This document shows, one piece after another, positions 1 through 13,239 of a stretch of 64,000 bases of DNA. The translations under genes and the position numbers were made by a program. Numbering within the stretch: position 1 is the first letter of the stretch; every line of letters starts with the position of its first letter. Source of the DNA: Leucoraja ocellata (lineage: Eukaryota); contig JAWMAR010000561.1 in NCBI GenBank assembly GCA_036785375.1, positions 248,001-312,000 of the forward strand, written 5' to 3'. The notes beneath the pieces are model-generated. The model had not been told where the DNA came from, searched no databases, and saw only the letters and a program-made list of their open reading frames with translations.

Positions 1-924
1 AGAGCAGGCCAGGAACATCTAACCCAGTCATGGAATTCCAGTCTTACCCACCAGAACCACGGTTATGTGCCATGACCCACCTACTGTACTATATAGACAC
101 AACTAAAATCCATTGAGGGAGTGAAAAAGCCTTATGGGTCAGCCACAAGAAACCTTATGGTCGGTGACGAGCCAAACCATTTCTAGATGGCTCAAGCAGG
201 TGCAGAAAGCTGCTGGTATAAATACTAACATGTACAAATCTCACTCCACCAGGGCAGCATCCACGTCGGCGGCTAAGGGAATGGACGTACCAATAGACCA
301 CATCCTGGCTACAGCGGGGTGGTCTGGGGAAAGAACGTTCAGAACTTTTTATAATAAGCCGTTGGCAAAACCTGCTTTATTTGTAGAGAAAATATTACAA
401 TCTGCAAATATATAATTTAAGCCCGGGGGAGCAATTTGTTTTTTTGTTATTGTTAATGAATACCATTATTGTTTTTACAAACAGGTTCATTGGTTGATTA
501 CGATAACACACTTCCTCCCTCAAGTGACTTCGGCAGTGAGTGATGTATGAACTGTTACACGGTTTGAAATCACAGAGCTTTAAAATCTTCACGGTCACTC
601 ACGTGACTCTGAAGTAAAATAGTAAGATTAAACGAGAACTTACCAGTTTGAAGTTTGATCTGTATTTTATGAGGAGTTACGATGAGGGATTACGTGCCCT
701 CCGCTCCCACCCTCAATAATAGAGATCAAACTGGTATCTAAGCTCTCCTTTTCTTTACTATGTTTATTTCAATTACTGTGTCTGTCTGTGATTCCACACC
801 GCTGCTTTGAAGTATGTCGCGCATGCGTGCTGGACGGGTACTTCACATAATCCCTCATCGTAACTCCTCATAAAATACAGATCAAACTTCGAACTGGTAA
901 GTTCTCGTTTAATCTTACTATTTT
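1..924 (+). mobile_element. 3' end of a DIRS1-like tyrosine-recombinase retrotransposon
   Basis: Disrupted YR reading frame (1-415) followed by an 81-bp inverted repeat pair (616-696 / 844-924, 2 mismatches) ending ...CTTACTATTTT. This is the ICR / right-terminus architecture of DIRS1 elements. Confidence 0.88.
3..415 (+). pseudogene. DIRS-type tyrosine recombinase, C-terminal part, inactivated
   Basis: SRPG...LCAMTHLLYYIDTTKIH*GSEKALWVSHKKPYGR / frameshift / VTSQTISRWLK...KSHSTRAASTSAA...ILATAGWSGERTFRTFYNKP. HxxR, GW and the catalytic Y are present, but there is an in-frame stop (~114) and a frameshift (~165). Confidence 0.85.
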
Positions 925-1671
925 GAGTGCCTATCTATTCCCACCATGGACATCTAAACAAACGAATGTCATGGAAATGCAAAAAATGTGGTGTCGGATT
1001 TTGAATTGGCAAAATTGATCTCTGAGATGTCTGGAAAGTGGGTTATGAATATTTGGAATTTCCTTTCCTGAGAGCAGGAGGTTTTCACACATTGTGCGTT
1101 TTTAAGGATGGGATTGATAGACGATGGGGGAATCGAAGGATTACGGGGAGCAGCTGGGAAAGTATAAGAATTTCATTGTCCCATTGCCAGTCTCTATGAC
1201 AATTAAACGTTCTTGACTCTCATGATAATTGAGGTAACTTCCAGGAGCCAGCAGTGTTAGCGAATGGTAGAGGAGTCTCAAGGGGCTGTATGACCTCCTC
1301 CTGATTCTGTGTCTCGTATTCTTACTAAATGTTATTATTCTTCATTTCCACTTCACAATCCCATTCCCTCTGCTCCTCATCAAAGGTTAAAAAAAAAACT
1401 CACCCTAAGACAACAGTCAAAGTCCCAAGCTCTCCCTAAACCTATCCACAAACCTGTCTCTTTCTCCTTGTATGATACTCCTTAAAGACCCTGCTCTGGG
1501 AAGGATATTGAAGGGTTTGGTTCAGGTGCAGGAGGTTTACTAGATTTGGGGATATGAGCTGACGGATAGGCTGGGCAAACTTGGATTGTTTTCTCTGAAG
1601 CATCAGAGGCTTGAGGAACCCTAATCGAACTATATAAAACTATGAGGGTCATAGATAAGGTATGCAGTCAT

Positions 1672-2048
1672 CTCCATGGATTGTCACCTTGTCGTGATGG
1701 AGAAGCTTGTGTGGTCCTACCATCCTGAGAGCGATGCCGTCTGGAGCTATGCACCTGTTAGGGCCACCCATGGCGGTAAGGTCGAGGGGGAGGTCTCTGA
1801 CAAAGAGCAATCCAGCCAAGACCTCAACGTTGGAACAGGCAGAGGATGGTGGCTGACTTTAGTGGAGCATCACAATGGCTGGGAAAGTGGATGAAGGCTG
1901 CAACAGAAAAGGGTCCCCGGTCATCTAGGATTCCAACGCACTGGATTCTAACCCAGATCTGTCAAGGACCTTGTGGTGGCTGCCTGTACACCAGTCTCCC
2001 CATGTTAAACAACGTCACGCACAGGGGTCCTCCATGAGAGGACAGTCA
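1672..2048 (+). mobile_element. Isolated RTE-clade (BovB/Rex3-like) 5'UTR-type segment embedded in a CR1 fragment
   Basis: caccttgtcgtgatggagaagcttg...agctatg...agggccacccatggcggtaaggtc...ctctgacaaagagc resembles RTE-clade 5' leaders as I recall them; flanked by CR1-derived sequence; cagtcat on both sides. Confidence 0.5.
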
Positions 2049-2219
2049 TACAGGGAATGGAGGAACATGGATCATGTGCATGCAGAGGAGATTTTAGACC
2101 TTGGCATCATGTTCGGCATGGTCTCTGTGGGCCGAAGGGCCTGTTCCTGTACTGCATTGTCCTATGGTCTACTATGTAAATCTACATCTTTAACCTGCCC
2201 TGTGGCCTCCTGGCCCTCT

Positions 2220-2445
2220 NNNNNNNNNNNNNNNNNNNNNNNNNNNNNNNNNNNNNNNNNNNNNNNNNNNNNNNNNNNNNNNNNNNNNNNNNNNNNNNNN
2301 NNNNNNNNNNNNNNNNNNNNNNNNNNNNNNNNNNNNNNNNNNNNNNNNNNNNNNNNNNNNNNNNNNNNNNNNNNNNNNNNNNNNNNNNNNNNNNNNNNNN
2401 NNNNNNNNNNNNNNNNNNNNNNNNNNNNNNNNNNNNNNNNNNNNN
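2220..2445. other. Assembly gap (226 N)
   Basis: Run of N. Confidence 1.
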
Positions 2446-3369
2446 AGGGTCTTCAAGGTCTAACAAAGTCCGGAGCTGTTTCCCGATTCTTGCTTTGCTT
2501 CAGCACACAGAAAATAGTAGGCATTTACTACAAAACAGATAAATGTGTCCATATACCATGATATAAATATATACACGCATGAATAAATAAACTGATAAAG
2601 TGCAAATAGCAGAAAGTGGTTATTAATAATCAGAGTTTTGTCCGAGCCAGGTTTAATAGCCTGATGGCTGTGGGGAAGTAGCTATTCCTGAACCTGGTTG
2701 TTGCAGTCTTCAGGCTCCTGTACCTTCTACCTGAAGGTAGCAGGGAGATGAGTGTGTGGCCAGGGTGGTGTGGGTCTTTGATGATACTGTGTCCCTGTGA
2801 CCTGTGTAGGTTTTCTGCGAGATCTTCGATTTCCTCCCACACTCTAAAGACTTACAGATTTGTAGGTAAATTGACTTGGTATAAATATAAAATTGTCCCT
2901 GACCTGTGTAGGGTAGCGTTAATGTGCGGGGATCGCTGGTCAGTGGGCCAAAGGGCCTGTTTCTGTGCTATATCTCTAAACTAAACTGAACTAAATCTAT
3001 GGCAGTCTCTGCAACTCTTTTGCAACCCAGAGAACAATTCATCACATGCCACAACCATTAACGTAGTGACAGCGAGAGACTTCATTATTCTCTTTGAATG
3101 AACAGATAGTCCATTATTATTTCAACCTATATTCAATGGTTGAACGGTGTTTTATTTTATCACATGTGGAAGCGCACAATGAAATTCTTGTTGCATATTT
3201 ACACGTGCGGGCGCTGCCATGTTTCGGAACCATTTCCAATATTACACCTATTTCAGCTTCACCCGTGGAAGCTATGGTTGATGATCTGCCTGCCAAGGAT
3301 AGGCCTAGTCAGCCACAGCAGGCAAAGCAACCACAGATGATGCATTCCTCTCTCCAAACAGGACAACGT

Positions 3370-3815
3370 TGAACGTTGGACTTACACAGTTCCCGCTGCA
3401 CCAAAAAATCCCAGAGTATCATAAAGGACATTTCCCACCCCGGACACTCCCTGTTTGAACTGTTGCCGTCAGGCAGACGGTACAGATCTACAAGGACAAG
3501 GACGAACAGACTAAAAAACAGTTTTTACCCCACTGCTATAAAAGCACTAAATGTAGCCGCCAAGGAACGCAAGGGCGAGACATACTAAGGGACTGTGGTA
3601 CACTGTGAAATCAACAGAAGGATGGAGGGTTGGGTGTTTATGTGTGCTATTTTCGTGATATTTATTTTAGTTGTTTATCTTTTAATATTTTATCTTGTAT
3701 GTATCGTTAGCTTTTAGAAATGTTTGAATGGTGCACTGACTGGCTGACATTTTTAAATTTCGTTGTACATGGTTCATGTTACAATGACAATAAAGAAACT
3801 ATTCTATTCTATTCT
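3370..3815 (+). mobile_element. Rex1/Babar-like LINE 3' fragment
   Basis: ORF remnant IIKDISHPGHSLFELLPSGRRYRS...LKNSFYPTAIKALN, then 3'UTR ending aatgacaataaag and a (CTATT)n tail. Similar fragments at ~2560-2785(-), 21780-22205(-), 23340-23710(-), 32085-32270(-), 36480-36675(-), 51225-51655(+). Confidence 0.75.
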
Positions 3816-5764
3816 AAACCGCACCATCTCCCGCAGATGGACGGATGCCAACCATTGCAATAAACCTTCTGTGAAGCACTTTGACATTTTTTTTTAATGT
3901 GCTTTTATTTTTATTACCCTCGTTAATTTTGATGGCTAGCGCTGAAAGTAAAGCACAAGGCAATACAGGTTACGCCATAGTTTTGCTTACACTAAAGTAT
4001 GGGTTTGAATAATGTGTGTTCTCCAAATTAATGAAGTGCACTGATGGATGGAGAAGCAGTGATAATGGTAGCATAGGTCAACCCCTCTTGTCATTGACAT
4101 AGGACAGTACAGCACAGAAACGGGCTCTTTGGCCCACAATGTTTGTGCTGAACATGATGCCAAGTTAAACTGATCTCGTCTGCCTGTACATGAACCATAT
4201 CCCTCTATTCCCTGCACTTCCATGTGCCTATCTAAAAGCCTCTTAAATACCACTATCATATCTGCCTCCACCACCACGCCTAGCAGCGCGTTCCAGCCCC
4301 CCACCTCATCTACGCAAAAAAAACCCTACCCTGCATATCTCTATTAAACTTTCCCCTCCCACCTGCCAGCTATGCCCTCTAGTGTTAGACATTTCCACCC
4401 TGGGGAAAAAAGCCACTATCTATGCCTCTCATATACTTCTGTATATACTTCGATCAAGTCTCCCCTTAACTGCTGACACTCCAGAGAAAATAAAACGTCT
4501 ATCCAACCTCTTGCTGTAGCTGAAATCTTCTAATCCACACAGCATTCTTGCAAACTTCTGAATCCTCTCCAAAGTCTCCACATCTTTTCTGTAATGCGAT
4601 GACCAGAACTGCACACAATACTCCAGATGTGGGCTAACTAAATTCCTTTCTCTTTTCTCTTTACTTTATTTTGCGATTATAGTTACAGTGCGGAAACAGG
4701 CCCTTCGGCCCACTGACTCCGTGCCGCCCAGCGATCACACCGCACGCTGGTTCTATCCTACACACCAGGGACAATTTACAGAAGACAATTAACCTACAAA
4801 CACACACGTCTTTGAAATGCAGGAGGAAACTGGTGCACCCGGGAAATTCCACGCAGTCGCAGGGAGAAGATGCACACTCCATACAGACAACACCCGTAGT
4901 CAGGATTGAACCCGTGTCCCTGGCACTGTAAGGCAGCAGCTCGACCACTGCATGACTGTGGCAGCCCTTCTCCTTTTTGGAAAGGGTGTACAACTATGCC
5001 ATTATGTCATGTATTTGACCCACTCAAAACAATGGGTTGCTTGAAAGTGCATGTTGCAATAAGATATATATACAAAGGATTGATGGAGAGACTTGTGGTT
5101 TCAATAGTCTGTGAGATAATGTAGTCCAAAGTATTCAGACACCCAAGGTAGGATACAAAAAAGTAGACGCCAAGGATACACAAACATTTGCATGAGTATA
5201 ATGGCCTTCTATACATAGGGCTCAGCACAAGAAGGAAGTTAAGGCCAGTGTCAAGATTGAGAAACTGTTCCTTTACTGATTTATTTCAAGGTTAGTACAT
5301 TATTATCACATCCTTACATCAGATAATTAGTGAATCTTTAACCTGCTCAATGAATGGGGACCAATTTTAATGCCTTGATGTGATTTTTTTTGGCGTATTC
5401 CTCCATGCATGATCTTTTAGTTTGGAGATACAGCATGAAAACAGGCCCTTTGACCCACTGAGTCCACATCGACCAGCGATCCCAGTACACTAGCACTATC
5501 CTACACGCTAGGGACAATTTACAATATTTACCGAAGCCAATTAACCTACAAACCTGCACATGTTTGAAATGTGGGAGGAAACCGGAGCTCCTGGAAAAAC
5601 CCACGCAGTCACCTACAAAGTCCGTACAGACAGCACCAGGTAGTCAAGATCTAACCCGGGTCTCTAGTGCTGTAAGGCAGCAACTCTACCGCTGCGTCAC
5701 TGTGCCGCCATTTTGTTACAGTAATGGGTTGGAAACGTTTTGTTGTGCATCGATCATATTAATT

Positions 5765-6155
5765 ATCTTAGAGGTGTATAAAATAATGAGAGGAATAGAC
5801 CAGGTAGATGCATAGAGTCTCTTGCCCAGTGTAGGTGAATAGAGGACTAGAGGTCATAGGTTTAAGGTGAAGAAGAAAAGATTTAATAGGAACCTGGGGG
5901 GTATCTTTTTCACACAAAGGGTAGTGGGGGATAAGGAACAAGCTTCGAGAGGAGGTAGTTGAGGCAGGGACTATCCCAACATTTAAGAAACAGTTAGACA
6001 TGTAAATGCATAGGACAGATTTGGAGGATATGGAGCAAACCAGACTCTATAACTCTATGCTCTAGGTGGGACTAGTGTAGCTGGGACATGTTGGCCAGTG
6101 TGGGCAAGTTGGGCCGTAGGGCCTGTTTCCAAACTGTATCACTCTATGACTATGA
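5765..6155 (+). mobile_element. CR1-like (HER1-type) LINE 3' fragment
   Basis: EVYKIMRGIDQVDA...RGHRFKV...FFTQRVV remnant, then gggccgtagggcctgtttcc...(actctatg)n tail. Confidence 0.8.
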
Positions 6156-6744
6156 ATGCATTTAACTTGGCTGTTTTTATTCCACAATGCATTGTTTGAG
6201 GATTTTTGATTGTGTAACTATGATTTTTCCACTCAAAATATGACCAATTGTAGCATTTACTCTGGAAGGCCTAAGACCTGCGATGTGGAGCATCCATTTA
6301 TTGACCCAGAACTTGCATTACTTGTTCCCCCATGTTATTCTTTTGCATTCAAAGTGAGTGAAGATAAGGAAGGTGAGATTTGAGTAGCTTTCAATTATCA
6401 GGATTGAGCTCTCCACACACAAAAGCAACAGCAATGACATCTGAAGAAGTGGATGAGGGTTCTACTGATAGATAAGACCCCATTTCATCTCAATAGATCA
6501 ACAACGAAGGTGCTTTTTATCTGCCGTTGCTAAATTGAGTTAGTCTGCTGGTGGCTGGAGCATCACACCATCAAAAGGAACGTACAAGCAAGAAACTGCA
6601 GAAATAGAAAATGCAGGGAATACTTAATAGGACTTAGGGTGGTACTGTGGCGCAGCAGTAGAGCTGCTGCCTCACAGCGCTAGGAAACCAAGGTTGGTCC
6701 TGACCTCGGGTGCTCTCTATGTGGAGTTTGCCTACACCAACCTA

Positions 6745-7175
6745 CATGTCCCATCCACGTTAGTTCCACCTGCATGCATTTGGCCCATATCCCTCTAAAC
6801 CTGTCCTATCCATGTACCTGTCTAAATGCTTCTTAAATGTTGTTATAGCAACTGCCTCAACTACCTCCTCCGGTAGTTCATCCCATACACCCATCACCCT
6901 CTGTGTGAAAAAGTTACCCCTCAAGTTCCCATTAAATCTTTCCCGTCTCACCTTAAACCTATATCTTCTGTTTCTCGATTCCCCTAATCTGGCTAAGAAA
7001 CTCTGTGTAGCTTCCCGATCTACTCCTCTCATGTTTTTGTACACCTCTATAAGACCACCCCTCATCCTCCTGCGCTCCAAGGAATAGAATCCTAGCCTGC
7101 TCAACCTCTCCCTCCAACTGAGGCCCTCAAGTCCTGGTAACATCCTCCTAAATTTTCTCTCCACCCTATCCAACT
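6745..7175 (-). mobile_element. CR1-like LINE ORF2 C-terminal fragment
   Basis: ORF 6760..7173 (LEGLSWRERLSRLGFYSLERRRMRGGLIEVYKNMRG...FFTQRVMGVWDELP) is the CR1 ORF2 C-terminal signature. Confidence 0.85.
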
Positions 7176-9483
7176 TTTATCTGAAATAAAATCAGAAAAT
7201 CAAGGAAACTCTGAGCACGTCAGGCAACATCTGTCAGGGGTTAAGTGTTAAGACTGGTTAGTTGTCATATGCATCGACATCAGAGCAATGAGTAAACTAC
7301 TTGCAGCAACATAAAAGGCTTGTAAACGCAAAACATAAGATGATATATAAAAATAATTTCCCCCTAATATGTAGAGAGTGGAGGCAAAAATGGGATAACA
7401 TAGAACTAGTGTGAACGGGTGATCGACGGTCAGCGTAGACTCGGTAGGCCGAAGAGCCTGATTCCATGTTGTGTGATCACTCTTTCTACAGATCTTAGTT
7501 TAGTTTGGTTTAGCGTAGAGACATAGCAGGGAAACATGCCCTTCGGCCCACCGAGTCCGCACTGACCAGCGATCCCCGTACACCTGCACCATCCTACACA
7601 CGAGGGACAATTTACAATTTTTACCAAAGGAAAATAACCTACAACCTGTGTGTCTTTGGACTGTGGGAGAAAACCGGAGCACTCGGGGATAACCTAAGCA
7701 TTCACGGGGAACATGTACAAACTCTGTACAGGCATCACCCGTAGCCTGGGCGACCCCAATCTGTAAGGCAGCAACTCTCCCGCTGCGTCACAGTGCCACC
7801 CCCAAAAGAGACTTTCAGCAAAAAAACATGACTATTGAACTTGCTGCTTCCTATCCCTTAGCAATGATTGTAAATTATTGGAAAAGTTGCTAAGGGACAT
7901 CCTGTGATTGCAAAAGCCATGTTTTGGTATTGATGCAAACCGAAGGAAAAACCAAATGGCCTCTCTTCTTTCTGCAGGCTTGCATTAAGTACGTACATAA
8001 AATGGAAATGTCATAGCCAAACCTCTAGCCTGTATAACCTACATTCTGAGAACTCTTTGTCAATTTGTATCTTTCAGAACCTACATTCCTTAGAAGCAAG
8101 GAACTGCAGATGCTGGTTTACAAAGAAAAGACACAAAGTGTTGGAGTAACTCAATTGGTCAAGCAGCATCACTGGAGAACATGGATCTGAAGAAGGGTCC
8201 CGAGCTGAAACATCATCTACCCATGTTCTCCAGAGATGCTGCCTGATCCACTGAGTTACTCCAGCACTTTATTTCTCTTTGATCTCACCATTTCTTCTAT
8301 TTCCCCTCCAAATTAGGTAATTTTCCATCACTGCTGCTGACATCACCATTTAAAGCACTGCTTATAAAAGCCTCTTTTAGATTTTCATTTCGAAAAATTC
8401 AACCTCTCCATTTCAATTTAGTTTAGTTTATATCGTCATGTCTACTGGGGTACAGTGAAAAGCTTTTTTATTGGGTGCTATCCAGTCAACAGAAAAACCA
8501 TACATGATTATAATCAAGCCTTCCACAATGTACAGATGCTGGATGAACGGAATAGCTTTAATCACGTTTAATAACATTTACCGGTTAATATCCAGTAAAG
8601 TCTGACTAAAAGTTCAAAGGTCTCCAATGAGGTAGATGGGAGGTCAGGACCGCTATCTAGTGGGTGTGAGGACCATTCAGTTGCCTGATAACAGCTGGGA
8701 AGCAACTGTCCCTGTGTGTGTGGAGGTATGTGTTTTTACACTTCTGCCCCTCTTGCCTGATGGGAGAGGGGAGAGGCGGGAGTGGCTGAGGTGAAACTGG
8801 TCCTCGATTATGCTGATGTATTTATGATTGTGTTTATAGTTTGTTTGTCTTTTTGCACAAAGTCCGCGAGCATTGCCACTTTTCATTTCACTGCACATCT
8901 CGTAATTGTATGTGACGAATAAAATTAACTTGACTTGACTTGGCTTGGCCTTGCCAAGGCAGCGTGATATGTGGATGGAGTCAATGGATTGGAGTTTGGG
9001 TGATGGTCTGGGTTGTGTCCACAACTCTCTGCCTCTCTCTGCAATCTCAACTGACGTCCGGTCAGTCCCACCAAATGGTCTTCATTTCTTGCCCTTAAAG
9101 TATCGGTACTCTTCCTTCTGCATGGAAGATCGCCTGATTCGATTTCAAATAGTGAGGGATGAATTTGCCTGTAATGACTGCAATGAGCTGAAGAACTCGT
9201 TTGTGGGTGGTGTGTTTGCCTGGAATGAGTGACTCACAGATAAAGTTGATGCTTCTTTTTATCCAAGGGCGGTTCCTTGTTCGCTTAAGATGTGGAAAAA
9301 ATGCCAAAGCCACCCAGCTGGAACAATGCACAATGATGGCCAAGGATCCAGAATATGTTTGATGTTGTTACAGGTCCTCAGTTCCTCTGTGTTTGGTAAT
9401 ATGGGCCACACTAGCTTGTTCTTTTTCCATTAGACCCACCTTTACATAAACAGTCTCTCTTTGTTCTCCAAAGACAGACAGGC

Positions 9484-9960
9484 AGATCTCCCCATTGCCA
9501 AACACTTTTAACTCCTCTTCCCATTCTCATACTGACCTTTCTGTCCTGGGCCTCCTCCACTGACAGAGTTAGGCCAACCACAAAGTGGAGGAACAGCACC
9601 TCATATTTTGCTTGGGCAGCTTACAACTCAGTGGTACGAATCTTGATGTCTCTCTCTCTCTCTGTCCCTCCCCCACCCTAGTCATTGTATTGGTTTCACA
9701 GTTGTCCTGCTGAGTTTCACTTTTTTTATCACCTTCCCCACAGCCAACAATGGACCATTGTGAGCTCCATCCTTTCTTGATCATCGTTACTTTTTGCAAA
9801 TCTTTCATTCATTTGTTCTATGTGCCTTCTATATCTTTCATCTCCCTCTCCCCTGACTCTCAGTCTGATAAAGGATCTCGACCCGAAACTTAACCTATTT
9901 CCTTTCTCCAGAGTTGCTGCCTGACCCGCTGAGTCACTCCAGCTTTTTGCGTCTATATTC
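9484..9960 (+). mobile_element. Penelope-like element 3' remnant (GIY-YIG endonuclease C-terminus plus pLTR-like tail)
   Basis: Degenerate translation DLPIAKHF/NSSSHSHTDLSVLGLLH*QS*ANHKVEEQHLIFCLGSLQLSGTN, typical of the vertebrate PLE C-terminus; followed by cagtctgataaaggatctcgacccgaaac...gatgctgcc-type...gagtcactccagc, the same arm as the palindromic repeat family. Confidence 0.75.
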
Positions 9961-10261
9961 AGGCAGAGGGAATGTTGGCCTTTCTAACATTAGGATATAA
10001 GGCGGTAAAGGTTTGGTCGGAGTTAGATGAATCCCTGGTTCTACCACCCATGGAGGTTGGTGGACACAGGAGCCGCATGAAGAATATACTGACTCAAAAA
10101 GGGAGCGTTCTGGATTGAAATCTGGAGTAAAATTAGCTGAGCTCCAGGGTCAAATTATGCGTAGTAATTACTGAAACCAGGATTATATTCCCAAGAATTT
10201 AAATGACCAGGAGGTAGCTTGATTGAAAATTTTAAGATTTGGTTTAGTTTCCTTTATTTAT

Positions 10262-10549
10262 TTTAGAGATACAGTGCGGAAACAGGACTTTAGGCGCACC
10301 GAGTCCATGTTGACCAGCGATCCCCATACATTAGTTCTATCCTACACGCAAGGGACAATTTGCAGAAGCCAATTAACCTACAACCCTGCACGTCTTTGGG
10401 AGTGTGGGAGGAAACCGGAGCACCTGGGGGAAAACACACACGGTCACAGGGAGAACGTACAAACCCTGTAGAGACAACACCCGTAGTCAGGATCGAACCT
10501 GGGTCTCTGGCGCTGTAAGGCAGCAAATCTACCACTGCGCCACCGTGCC
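10262..10549 (-). mobile_element. HE1-like tRNA-derived V-SINE (representative full copy, minus strand)
   Basis: Reverse complement reads ggcacggtggcgcagtggtaga (A box)...ggttcgatcc (B box)...V-domain ccggtttcctcccaca...CR1-like tail tgtatctctaaa. Other minus copies at ~4685-4960, 5420-5710, 7500-7800, 36045-36345, 39755-40025, 60150-60425. Confidence 0.85.
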
Positions 10550-12319
10550 ATCCTCTATGCTGCTGTTCACTCTTTTATGGTATTGCAATTTTTACACCGA
10601 CCAAAATAGCTTTGACTTACCTTTGCAGAGAAATAATTGTAATCTTTGCAATCATGAGGATTACAGTGTGCGAGAAAATGGATGCATTTGCACATAATGA
10701 CTAGATTTTTAAATGTTTGTCCAAATGGCTATATATATATTTATATACTCGTTACCATCCAGCTTTAGAATAAATGTTCTTAACTGAAACATTTATAAGA
10801 CATTTCCGTTGAGGAGCAGAATGTGCAAATAGTCCAGTTAAGTAATTATAGCTTTGCAATAAAACACAAATCCAATCACTTTCTGAAAATGACCAATGTT
10901 ATATCACATGTACAATCTGGTTTATTGAAGTGTTCCCATCAATATTTCTGAAATGGCAAGGATTATTATATTAAATGTTATCAATGCATGTTTATGTGTT
11001 ACAGATTCTTAGGCAAGTCTGATTAGGATAATTAGAACAACATTTTAATGTAACATTAGGCTAAAATGACTTGGTTTAATTGCCTGGTGTTATTCACCCA
11101 AAGGGATTTCATTTTACTGCACTGCTGGCTCATTCTCCGAGGCTTAGAAAGGAATTAAAGTAACTTAATAAGAAGAAATGCTGTTCACTCATTGCCAGAG
11201 ACTGCACGGAGGCTGTTGGCATTCCCTCACACACTCCCTCGTCCTCCTGCACAGCTTCAGTAGAACAAATCTTTCCAAGTTCCCTTGGGTTGCATCAAGA
11301 CCAGAAGCAGGGGCCAATGTCATAAATTCATAAGGCTTAGGAGCAGAATTGGGCCCTTTGGCCCATCAAGTCTTCTCTGCCTTTCTATCATGCTTGATCT
11401 ATCTCCTCCCTCTCAACTGCAGTCTCCTGCCTTCTCCCCTTAACCCTTACTAATCAAGAATCTGTCGATCTCCACCTTAAAAAGTACCTAATGGCTAGGC
11501 CTCTACAAATGTCTGTATTCCACAGATTCACCTCCTCCTGGTGAAAGAAATGTCTCCTAATTTCCTTTCTAAAAGCACGTCCTTTAATTCTGAGGCTACG
11601 CCCTCTAGTCCTAGACTCTCCCATTCGTGGAAACTCCATGTCCATGACGTGAGGGAATTATGAAGGAAGAATCAGGAGGCTACTCAGATCCCTCAAACAG
11701 TCAGTGTAAAGTGGAATTTGTACTTGTGAGGAGTTGACTTATTCTTCAGCTTGGCTACAGCCTGGTATCTAATGGAGGGGATATAAGAGGGGGGGGGGGG
11801 GGTCTACCAAAGAGAAGGGACAGTTGTCTGGCAAATCTGAGGAAGTGGAGGAAAATCTGAGGAAGTTATGTTGAATGGATTATTAAATGAGCTTGGTCCT
11901 CACCTTCCCCATCCTGCAATAGAAACTCTTTGGGAATTCACGTGGGATGACACTCCAAGGATTCCAGGAAGCAACCCACATTGAGAGATGGTTGCAAGAA
12001 GCTTCCCATATTGAAAAGGAAAAGGAGGAACTCTGTCAACAAGGCACCTGTCATGGTGCACCAAGCTATCCAAACCAATACACTTTGGCCCCTGTTGTCA
12101 TCCTTGGTGATGTATCTGCCATCAGGAAAAAGATTTGTTCTTTGTTTCTTTGCAGTATGGTAATCAAATGATTGAGTCAGAGCTAATTTATACATATGCA
12201 ACTGAACTGGGTCCAAGGCAGCTCTGATACACATCTGCAACAAAAATAGAAAGAGCAAAATGGCAAAGCATCCTTTCACCTCCATCTTGCTTCAAGGCAT
12301 TCTCTTGGACATAAGTCGC

Positions 12320-12930
12320 TGCCATATACCGGGTGGCTCCGTACGAGGGCAGCCTCGCCAACAGTCCGTCTCGTCCTTTTCTTCTTTTGTTGTTTTTAGT
12401 CTGTTGTTAAATGTATGTTTTAGTGTATCATTAATTCTGTATTATGTGCGGGGTGGGGGAAACGTTTTAAAATATCTTTCCTCGACAGAGATGAGACTTT
12501 TTCCGTATCGTATCTCCGTCTGCGCTGCGGTCCAACATCGTGGTGCTGGCGGTCCTTTTGCTGGGATCGACTTTGGAAGCTCCAACCGCGGGTGCCTGCG
12601 GACTTGACATTGTGGAGCTTGCGACCCCTTTGTCAGGGATCCACTTCGGGAGTTCCAACTGCAGGAGCTTCGACTGCCCCGATCGCGGGAGCTTCGATCG
12701 CCCCGGCAGCTGATGGTTCGACTCCCCCGACCGCGGGAGAAAAAGGAGGGAAGAAGATAATACATTTTTGCCTTCCACCACAGTGCGCTGTGGTAGATGT
12801 GTATGTTAATTTTTATGTAGTTGTGTGGCTTGGTGGTTTTTTGGTATGACTGTATGGTAAATCAAATTATTGTATGTTTTTGCATACATGGCTAATAAAT
12901 TAATTACAATACAATACAATTATAATACAA
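12320..12930 (+). mobile_element. GC/CpG-rich non-coding interspersed element with LINE-type 3' end and (CAATA)n tail
   Basis: CpG-rich core with internal repeats (ggagcttcga(c/t)...cccg), ending gtatggtaaatcaaatt...atggctaataaat and tacaatacaatacaat; no credible ORF. Confidence 0.55.
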
Positions 12931-13239
12931 TATGAAATGTTTTCAAGAGAATTCGATTTAGCTCTTGGGGCTAAAGGAATCAAGGGTAATGCGTATATGG
13001 GGAAAAAAGTAGGAAAGGGGTACTGAGTTTAGATGATCAGCCATGATAGTCCAATTTCTTTGAAAAGCACTGGTGTTCCCATCACCCCAAGCAGGACAGC
13101 TTTGAGGAGGCTACAAAAGTTCTTGGTGGGCTGTAACTATGAGACTTATTCACATGACTTCATTAATTTGCAATTAACCCCAGCCGTGATGAGTACTGTT
13201 TGGAAACATTGACATTTGTTCCTTGTCTTGCATATTTAC

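Noticed and set aside
134-415. Phage-integrase-like ORF suggesting a prophage or contamination
   Set aside because: The HSTRAASTS/GW/FY pattern plus the ICR-terminus inverted repeat identify a DIRS retrotransposon recombinase, and it is disrupted.
1971-2561. Long ORFs crossing N runs (also 23794-24223)
   Set aside because: Artefacts of X translation through assembly gaps.
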